From: Macrostomum lignano
Lineage: Eukaryota
Length of the DNA: 64,000 nt
Reading direction: 5' to 3'
Assembly: GCA_002269645.1 (NCBI GenBank)
Contig: NIVC01001325.1
Span: 124,001-188,000 of the forward strand
This document shows positions 38,346 through 64,000 of this stretch, piece after piece. Position numbers and translations under genes: made by a program. Below the pieces are notes generated by a model. It did not search any database and was not told the origin of the DNA. It was given only the letters and a program-made list of their open reading frames with translations. Each line of letters begins with the position of its first letter. Position 1 is the first letter of the stretch.

Positions 38346-38984
38346 GGACCAAATTAATTATTCGTGACGCTATCAATACTTCAATCTGGCAGGCAATAAA
38401 AAACAGGAATTTGGTAGACAAACACATTGTGTCCGCTATTTGTGCTTGGCACAGTTCTCAACACAACAGCTTGTAATTAATAAAAGTAATTACTTACAAC
38501 ATTGACGATAAATTTTTTGGCTACTATGAGAAAAAAATAATTGAATTAAATACTGGAGCAGTATTGATAACAATTTAACCATAAGTATCTGAGACTACAC
38601 TATTTTACCAGGGTTAAACTTGAGCAATGTTGTCGACATTAACTATTTAATAACATACCCCAGTTAATTGGATACTGCAACGCAATAATAATAATAAGTG
38701 ATAAGTTGGTCCTCTTGATCGATTTCACGCGCTTAAAGCGCTACTAACAGTAGAAATCTAAGTGGTAACTGCTAAAATAGCTGAATAAAGCAAAAATAAG
38801 ATAGTTAGAAAGACAGTTTTACTGATCTAATTTTCAGAATAATGTTAATAATTGGAAGGCCTTTTAAAAAGGAAATCGGACAAGACAAAATCGCGGCATA
38901 GCGATAAAATTTGACATATACAACTGAAAGTGGGGTGAATTTGCATTGTGTCTATATATATGTGGATGTATCTATGTAGAGAAA

Positions 38985-39134
38985 TACAAAGATAAGTAGA
39001 TGAAGATAGAGAAAGATAAATAGAGACGGACAGAAAGATAGATAGACACAGATAAATGATAGGTAGACAGATGGATAGATAGTTATATAGATAGATAGTT
39101 ATATAGATAGATAGACAGATGGATAGATAGATAT

Positions 39135-39181
<47 letters not shown>

Positions 39182-39214
39182 TATAGATAGATAGATACAT
39201 ACATAGATACATAG

Positions 39215-39274
<60 letters not shown>

Positions 39275-39285
39275 GTAGACAGATG

Positions 39286-39332
<47 letters not shown>

Positions 39333-39342
39333 GGATAGATAG

Positions 39343-39373
<31 letters not shown>

Positions 39374-39397
39374 GATGGATAGATAGATAGATAGATG

Positions 39398-39486
<89 letters not shown>

Positions 39487-39517
39487 GTAGACAGATGGAT
39501 AGATAGATAGATAGATG

Positions 39518-39567
<50 letters not shown>

Positions 39568-39689
39568 AAGATAGATAGATAGATGGATAGATAGATAGAT
39601 AGATGGATATATAGATAGATAGATAGATGGATAGATAGATAGATAGATAGATAGATGGATGGATAGATAGATAGATAAATAGATAGATG

Positions 39690-39774
<85 letters not shown>

Positions 39775-39785
39775 ATAGATAGATG

Positions 39786-39868
<83 letters not shown>

Positions 39869-39970
39869 GGATAGATAGATAGATAGATGGATATATATAT
39901 ATATATAGATAGATGGATAGATAGATAGATAGATAGATGGATGGATAGATAGATAAATAGATAGATGGAT

Positions 39971-40009
<39 letters not shown>

Positions 40010-40010
40010 C
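38985..40010. repeat. (GATA)n microsatellite
   Basis: Visible in the sequence. Confidence 0.97.
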
Positions 40011-40389
40011 AAGGGTACGCTGTAATACAATAGACACAATGCTGGATCATGCCGCAGTTTTATTGAATTCATAAGCCCAAATTCTAAACAGTTAAAGTTA
40101 ATTATAATTGATTTATAAGTCAATCGGCACCGGCCACCAGTATAGCACGCAGTTTAAAAGCCTTCCTAACAGCCGATAAAATAACTTTTGTAGTCTACGA
40201 GGCTAGCAAGGCTGATCACAGGATAAGCCACAAGAGTATAAGCGCTGACCGCACTTGGAGACAGGTGTAGACTTTTATATAGCAAGGCAAGCTGGTCAAT
40301 CCAGCTAGTAGGCAATGTCCAATACAGCTGTGCACAAAATCGATAGTCTATGGCCAGCCCCGCTGACTCCGCTGGCGGCAACGGGGGTT

Positions 40390-56372
<15,983 letters not shown>

Positions 56373-56440
56373 CTGCAATTTGTATGTTTGTTTGTAAATT
56401 TAACAGTACAAAGCCCTAAAATATAGGCACAAATTCCTAA

Positions 56441-57051
56441 TATACTGTCCGTCAAAAGCTCCGGAACCCTTGCTACGATGTCTTCTAGCGGACATAATTT
56501 CAGTCTGTTTCAATTGTAACTTGATTCAAATGAAAGCTGCGGATCTCAGCTCCATGATGTGGTCAAGAAAAAGTTTATTCGAAGGAGCGCGTGTGAACAG
56601 GCCAGTGTTATGTACATAAAGGTTAGAGAAAAAAAGTGAGAAAAAGACAAACAAGCAATTGTTTTTTACTCTTTTTTACTCTCCCATGAAAGCTGACTGC
56701 ACAAGAATCCATAAGAGCCTGTTGATTTCAACACAAGTTTTGGCCATAGACTAATGTTAGCCAGGCTGAACACTGCGCGCAAACCGATTCCTTCCCATGT
56801 GTGTTTGCTCCATAGAGTCAGCAACCATAGACAATTGCTTGTTTGTCTTTTCCTCACTATTTTCTCTAACCTTTATGTACATAACACTGGCCTGTTCACA
56901 CGCGCTCCTTCGAATAAACTTTTTCTTGACCACATCATGGAGCTGAGATCCGCAGCTTTCATTTGAATCAAGTTACAATTGAAACGGACTGAAATTATGT
57001 CCGCTAGAAGACATCGTAGCAAGGGTTCCGGAACTTTTGATGGACAGTATA
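56441..57051. mobile_element. Foldback MITE with ~220-bp inverted arms and TA ends (Tc1/mariner-type)
   Basis: TATACTGTCC(G)TCAAAAG...AAACAAGCAATTG mirrored by CAATTGCTTGTTT...TTTTGATGGACAGTATA. Confidence 0.85.
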
Positions 57052-57354
57052 GTACATTGATGTCATATGTCACGTACAAGTCATCAAAGAGTCGTCTAAG
57101 AGTCAATTTGAGACGTTTTATTGTCTGCAACTCTGAAACGACTCTGGGGCTATAGAATCCGCGACTGAGACGTGCTAGAGTTGCCGTAGAATCACTAAGT
57201 TGCATCTAAAGTGCCTCTGCGTCGCTTCATGAGTAAGAATCGCATTTTGGCATTTAAAACAACAATTTTTAGTCTACTTGAGTTAGTAGGAAGTTTAACG
57301 CTAACACGACTCGTGGACGATTTTTTCGCAACTCATACAATTCTGCAACATACT

Positions 57355-57490
57355 TAACAGTCGCCTCCATTGGATGGCAGTCGTTTGAATCGCTAAAAAT
57401 CACAAGAGTCACCAGTGAGTTCTTTGCAATGACTCTAGCGATTTTTTATCACGGTAACATTTACTATGGTTCCAAAAGCTATATAAGTCT
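57355..57490 (-). promoter_or_regulatory. Putative promoter/5'-end element upstream of F-box paralogue 2 (homologous to 25745-25880)
   Basis: Minus strand: AGACTTATATA, about 20 nt, GTTACCGT, GACTCTTGTGA, AGGCGACTGTT. Confidence 0.45.
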
Positions 57491-59329
57491 GGGTTGCTGA
57501 ACCAAAAAACTCCAAACACCACAATTCTAAGAACTGATTATCTCATTTAGATAACATGTATTGGGACAGTAAAAAGTATTATGTGAAAGGTTTTTGAAAA
57601 ATTCCACTTGAGATGATCATGTGGTAGGGCATAGTAGTATGCTAGTGCGGATTTGCTTTTAAGCTACTGTTAGTAGTTTCAGTTTTAGAAATGGCAGTAG
57701 ATTGGTTAGTTACGAATCATAGGTCATTGAAGGATTTTTTAATCCTTATAATTAATTAACTAGAAACAGGTGGCAAAACTCTTTCAAACATTTTATAAAA
57801 AAAGAATTCTATAGAGTTGTTACTACTATTAGAATAAATAAAGTTCAAAGACTATTTTGTCACTAAATTAGAATATTTGATTTGTAAGACTCTTGATGGC
57901 TACCTATATTTTTGCATAGGTATTAACTTTATACAAAGTCTTTTAAGACCTACAAAAGAGATATAATATATTTTTAAATGCAAAACTAGATTATTCCATG
58001 AGTATTATCATAAGGAGCATAAAAATTTTACTAGATAACTATCTATAAAATATAAACTTTTTAATAGAGTTTAATGCCAAAACCAAGATATATTTTGTTA
58101 ACTATATATAATATTAATGTTTAGTAATATATTTAATCTTAATTTTTCTTCTATCTTTGTTATGCACTTATATGATATAGTACCTTTTTGAGCTCCATGT
58201 TTTATATCTATAGAGCATGTAAAGGTTTTGAAACATTATAATAAAATAAGCATTATTTGCATTGATATAATCATGCTTATATATGTTAGGAAAATTTTGT
58301 CAATTGTCAAGTATTGATTATAAAAGCTATAAAGATGGTCTTTAATAAAATTTTCACCAAAGGTAGGCCTACACTTGACCTAGAAGGTTATAGTGCAACT
58401 ATATGTGTTGCTATTGAGCTGCCTGCATTTTGGGAAAAATATTGTATTATATGCTACTTTAAGCTACTATTGCATAAGATAAACCTACCTATGCAAGGAT
58501 CTAATAATAGACTACCTAAAAGACATCATACCCTAAAAAGCTGATATTAGCAAAGGACCACCTATAATGTATGAACCCAATAGAATTTGGCACCTAGCCA
58601 ATATGACCCATTAGGAAGGAATTTAGAAATCCTAGGCTTTGGAAATGTGTTAGACACCTTAGTGACAGGCTCTCATCTGTTTTGTGGTAAATGTCAATTC
58701 CCTAGTTGTGAAATTGATCTCCTGGGCATTCCTACAAAAATACAAATGGTTAGCCCTATCTGATAAATAGTTAACACTAGTAGATAATGGTCTCCAATGA
58801 GCACTGAGGAATAGACCAGGTCTATTAAAGTGGGTTGGTGGTACAAAGCCTTGCAAATAATAATGAGTTTTGTAATTAATACCACTCAACTATTTTGCCT
58901 CTAGGCTCTCCCTATTTATAGGTTAGCAATTTTTATGATGTAGCCCCATATGGATTCAAATCTTATTGCAATTTATTTGAGTGCAAGTACAATGGTTCAC
59001 TAATTACTATGCTAGATTGCTAACTGTGACTTTTTTCTAGCATTAGATTAATCAAATAAAATATTTTAAAATTCCAATATAATCATATTCATTTAGGACT
59101 AAATTCTATCTTTTCTTACATCTGCTTGTATACTTATTGCCCTTGAGCACTAATCCATAAGTCCAAGGTATAGAGAAGTATATATGCCTTAGAACAATAA
59201 ATAAAGTTAGGGGATACTATATATTCCTATATATTCCTATAGGCTATATTCCTACATTTCTCACTGTTGTAAGGGTGGTGAAATGGGCAATAATGCCATC
59301 TGCTAATTGTGAAAAAATGTTTCTTAATG

Positions 59330-59642
59330 TTAGTGTTAGGGTTTAGGTTTAGGGTTAGGTTCAGGGCTATAGTGTTAAGATTTGGGCTAGGGTTAGGGCT
59401 AGGGTTAGGGTAGCTTATAACTTAGCTCATGAAGCTTATTAAAAATGTTTATCATAGAAGTGTCATGTAAAAATAATGGAAGCATCATGTGAAAAATCAT
59501 GGAAGTGTCATGTGAAAAATCATGGAAGCATCATGCAAAAAATAATAGAAGCATCATGCAAAAATCATAGAAGCATCATGCAAAAACTCATGGACAAAAT
59601 ATTAAATTTAGGGTTATGGTTAAGGTTAGGGTTAGGGTTAGA
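59330..59642 (+). repeat. Degenerate TTAGGG tracts bracketing a ~22-bp GAAGCATCATG repeat
   Basis: TTAGGG/CTAGGG units at 59330-59412 and 59610-59642. Confidence 0.7.
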
Positions 59643-60099
59643 AGTTTGACAGGAGATTTTTTAAGATTTCAAGGCTACATGTAGCTTATTAAAAAATGTG
59701 TATTGCATTTCTTTGGCTCCCTAATGGGGGGCGTAGATTGCTAGTTATACCTAGAAACAGTGCTACCACCCTTGTGAATTTTCTTTACTGAGCAAATTTT
59801 CAGTGATCAAATCTGAGCAAAGCCTCTAGATTTGAAGCAAAACCTCCAAAAAAATTAGAGCAAGATCAACTATTATTAAGTGAGCAATAAAACAGACTGC
59901 TAAGAATGTAGCTTGGCAAAAAAGACAAGCAGAATTTTCTGCTTGAGCTGCCCTACCCAAGGTGCCAAGAAAGTAAAATAAGTGCTATTGAGTTTTTATA
60001 AAGTTAAAAATTATAAAGCTTGACAATTTTATTACTAGTATAAACCACTATTTTATTGTGCCAAGCATGTGCCTATGGGTATGTTATACAGTTTGCTAT

Positions 60100-62050
60100 G
60101 CTTATTTTATGAAGACTGGAAAGTGAAGAAAGTGAAGAAAATTGAAGTGAAGAAAAAATCTTTTGAGCCTTACAAAGCTGCGATCCAGGAAAATTTGGCT
60201 GCCCATGGAAACACTGATGCCCATGTACCAATTCTCTGGGATGCTGCCCATTTTGTCAACCTCTTACCTCACTGTGACTGATGTACGAGATAGTGCAGGT
60301 GTGTTACTGCGTGTATTTATTAAGCGAGCAAACACTTTGCTCATCTTTTCTGGCATATCCATAGATTTGCTACATTGGATGTAGATAGTGTTTACTACCA
60401 TTTTCAATTTAGTTTGCTCATAAGTGTGTCAGATTTAAGCAGTCATTGTCTACCACTCTACAAAAAGCATCAAAAGATTCCAGTGCAATGCAAGTTATCC
60501 CTAACTTTGCAATGCAGTGCTTTTTAAGTTTGAGCATCAAGCAGTAGGATGCCATTGCTGCCTCTTATAGAAAGCTGCACACTGCATTCCATGCAGAAAA
60601 CCCACAATGCAGCATGAACAAGACCTCGCAATATAAGCTATTTGGTAATGATTTTGTCATGGAGATTCTGTGCCTGCTGGACCTGTTTGCACCTCTACAG
60701 GCCTTTATGACCCTCATGCAAGATAGCAATCTGCCACATTGGAAGGTTTCCACTCACTGGTAAACAGTTGCCAAACATTTGCGCATTTGAGGCAAATGTT
60801 TTTGAAGGTAGGGTTGATAACAAATGGGAAGAATAGAGAATAATGCAACTTTATAATATGAAATCAACTGACAATCTTTTTCCACTTATTAAAAAAATAA
60901 TAGGTCAGACTACCCACAGTATGACAAATGTGCTGATAACATCAAACTGGACAGTGAATACAATGGTGTCACCTTGTTGGAGGGCTGGCTAATTAATGTT
61001 GCTCCTGAAAGTAAGGTTCTGGTGGCTGCTGCTGGTAGACGGTGTTGTCCTGGTAGTCTAGTGCATTGGCACTGTTGTAAACAGCAGTTAGGTGGCAAAC
61101 TATGCCTCTTACAGTATTGCATAAAAAATACTGTAACTTTGAATTAATAACTATTCCTTTAACCAACTTAATACAGGATATTGAGGTGGATATTTGCAAT
61201 CTTGCCAATGAACTACATTGTAGCTTCACCTCGCGAGTCACGCATTGTTTGAGTGAGTACAAGGGGGTGGACTGCTTGACAATGGATGCCACTAATGCTA
61301 TCAGCATCTTGGTATCCGATAATGTCAATGTCAATGTTGAGGAGCTGACTTCATCAGCTATGTTGCTCCAACTTGTTGAATTAGGCTTCCTGTTTTGAGC
61401 ACTTGCAGGACTGCATGTATGTAGCTTCATTTGTGACCCCAGTTCACAAGACTATCCTATCAGGCGAAGACTGCAAGGGTTGGCTAAGTCCAGATGTCCA
61501 TAGTGAGATCATTAGTTTAAAGTGCGCTCTTTTGCAGCACCCAGCCAATCTCAATCTGCACCTGGCAGGCAAAACTCAAGACAGGAAGCATTTTGTTGCC
61601 ACTGTAGATGAAGCTGCCATCTACCAATCATTTTATAATGATCTATGCATCTATAGCTTGGCTAGGCAAAAGGCCTGTGCACTGCTTGATTTTGCGTTAT
61701 ATTGCAGTGGCTGAGGTAGGAATACTTTTTATGAAAAAATTGTTAAACAAATTTTAATCTCATTTTATCTCTCTGTTTTAGAGGCTATAGTCGAGACTTT
61801 ATTTGACTATGTGGTCACAGTAGCAGCACAGCAGCTGGAAAAATGCAACATTACAGCTTCGATCAAAGCTGAAATTGATGCTGCCACCATTAGGCAGCAG
61901 CTTGGGCGAGTGCTTCCTAGATGAAGAAGCAAAAATATATTATAGGGGATAGTGACAGGGGTGTCTAAAAGCATTGAACACCTTTTTTTTCAATCCACAG
62001 GCAAAGAGCTACAACACTAGCAAGGTTGTTGAAAAGTGGAAGCAAGCATT
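60100..62050 (+). pseudogene. Degraded hAT-like (ZNF862-type) transposase remnant
   Basis: Fragments in shifting frames with stops: VPILWDAAHFVNL, GNDFVMEILCLLDLFAPLQAFMTLMQDSNLPHWKV, IYQSFYND..ACALLDFAL, and EAIVET after an apparent intron (about 61716-61780). Family assignment by motif recognition only. Confidence 0.45.
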
Positions 62051-62114
62051 CTCCCTCTGCCCATAACATCAACAATTTTTACTTGATTTTTTACTTTCCT
62101 ATATGTAAGCATGG

Positions 62115-62370
62115 CCATGGGTCGGCAAACTTTTGACTTTAAGGGCCAGTTAAGTAATCTAGATTATTGCTGCAGGCTAGAAGAGAATAGAAGAAAAGTT
62201 AAGATAGAGGAGAGAGAAGAAAGAGATAACAGAAAAGATGAAAGATAAGAGACATGATGAGAGAAGATATGAGAGGGGAGAAGATAGGTAAGGAGATGAG
62301 ATCAGAGAAAAGAGAGGAGAGAACTTAGAAGAGATGCCAAGCTTGCGCAGGCCAGATTGCTTATAGTCTA
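62115..62370 (+). mobile_element. hAT/Charlie-like end followed by a GA-rich tract
   Basis: CATGGGTCGGCAAACT, then a purine tract, then CTTGCGCAGGCCAGATTG; a similar GA-tract plus CTTG.GC.GGCC.GATTG junction occurs at 2655-2850. Confidence 0.4.
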
Positions 62371-64000
62371 GATCATGGCAGGTGTATGCCAGAATAAAAA
62401 TTCATGTTTTTCAATTTAAAAAAATTGAAAAAAATTTATGCCAAGGTCAGAGTTGTTTGTACGCCAATTTTTAAGAAACATATTTTTAGACATAAAAGAG
62501 TTTTACTAAACTTTAGCATGGTTGTTTTTTGCTTAAAACTAATATTCTTTGTTTTTATTCTTTGTAAGTATAGGCTAGAACATGTAAGTCTTATTATTTC
62601 TTATCTTAAAACTATCTACTAAAAATACTCTTTTAACTTCCTTTGATATATTCATGTATAAAACTAGAAGCATTATTAACATTAGGCAAGAATATTGTAA
62701 AAGATATTCCTAATATTAGCTGGCATGCATTCAAAACTTTTTTGGCGTGCATTGGCATGTATTTGTATTTGTTCAATTTTTGTTTGGACATGCACGCACC
62801 CAGCACAATCTAGACTATGGGAACTATGCAGTTATTTCTCAGTATTTGTCATAAAAATAAATAGAAAAAACTGCCTATTTCTATCTCTTAGCAAATTATG
62901 ACTAGACTATAAATAACAACAAATGTGCCTGCGAATTTTTCTGAAAGCTGCGAAAAAAAATAAATTCCATCCCATGGTGCTAAAGCAAAGGCAATTGACT
63001 AAAAGCTAAAGACTATTAAAGGCAAGACTTCAAGAATAAAGTTAAATTGGTTTGTATATATTAGCAAAGTGCTGCTAGTCAGTTTTTAGGCCTTTAGCTC
63101 AATATGTTAATCTGTTAATACAAGGAACCAACCGATAATAAAAATGTTATTAAAAAGATCGATACAAGTTGGTCACTACTCACTGTGGTGCCACATAAAA
63201 AATTAGTTAAAATGATAAACTGGTTAAAGGAAGAGATTAAGTAACGTTAACCTTATAAAAACCTGGTAAAATATTCACAAAACAAATTATGGGATCATTT
63301 AATTTACCTATTTATACGTCTTACTCTTACTCAATACTCAGTCACATTAGTCGTTGCGTTGCCTTGTATTAAGGAACCATCATGTGTTTCTTGGAATTTT
63401 TACAATTCAAATACGAGCGTCTTGCCGTTCAATTGTTGCAAAATTATTGATGCTTGTATTTTAATATGAATCATACGAATTGGCTTAAGGCTTGTTGTGG
63501 CTTGGTTTAGTTTTAGGAAGTTACTTACTTTTTATTGGAAGAGATGATGCCTCATGATAAATTATAATTACATTCAATTAAGCTAGGCTTCTGCCATGCA
63601 TCGGAAGCCTTATCAAGGGGACAATACCATGCAATACCAAGATCTATATAACTAAACTTCGGTTTATGAATTTAGACTAACACCATGTAAATAAATAACG
63701 TTCAATTCAATAAACGCAGTAAACCGTGCCATCAGAAACAAGATCAAAATGTACATGTAACTATACTGTGATATTTATTGTGAAACCCACCAGAGGAGAA
63801 AGTACGCTCGTATATTAAACGTAGAACGTCCTTCTGCTTCTTCAACAGAATTTTGCTGCTTGCAGAGATCTTGGATCAGAAATTCATCAGAAATTTTAAA
63901 TCAGAATTTTTAATCCAGTGTCTCTGTGCATGCAGCTGGACACAAGATTACACAAGTCTGTTGCAAAAGCTGAAGACGACCCGCAGGAACGCAGCCACTT

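Noticed and set aside
56873-57205. 110-aa ORF upstream of F-box paralogue 2 as a possible first exon
   Set aside because: More than half of it lies within the inverted arm of the foldback MITE (56441-57051).
57395-57412. ACTCTTGTGATTT resembles the Schistosoma spliced leader as I recall it, suggesting an SL RNA gene
   Set aside because: It is not followed by GCATG|GT or a clear donor plus Sm-site arrangement, so it is treated as coincidental.
59330-59642. True telomere or chromosome end
   Set aside because: Short, degenerate and internal, with unique sequence on both sides.

Overview
Eukaryotic (invertebrate animal) genomic DNA. GC-rich exons sit among AT-rich spacers, and roughly 24 kb (about 38%) is micro/minisatellite. 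This style suggests a Macrostomum-like flatworm, which is an inference. Every gene I can support is on the minus strand. By coordinate they are: a small secreted precursor with an acidic pro-piece and a very cationic, probably amidated 28-aa C-terminal peptide (candidate new antimicrobial peptide, 2048-2314); an F-type lectin exon (3970-4380); an 8-exon selectin-like C-type lectin/4x sushi/TM receptor (6836-13112); a NEPRO/RMP64-like gene (20157-21437); dCMP deaminase (22468-23010); and two tandem 9-exon paralogues of a ~1400-aa protein with a long unassigned N-terminal half, an internal F-box, LRRs and an acidic tail (26570-35204 and 40390-56372). The paralogues have near-identical central exons, strongly diverged terminal exons and introns mostly filled by different satellites. 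Two genes begin at a phase-0 splice acceptor with no in-frame ATG, consistent with a spliced-leader-supplied AUG, and a shared TATA-bearing ~135-bp element lies upstream of both. The rest is SINEs, foldback MITEs, hAT remnants and a CpG-depleted degraded transposon block at the right end. All exon models were built by hand from GT/AG sites and reading-frame continuity; no database search was run.
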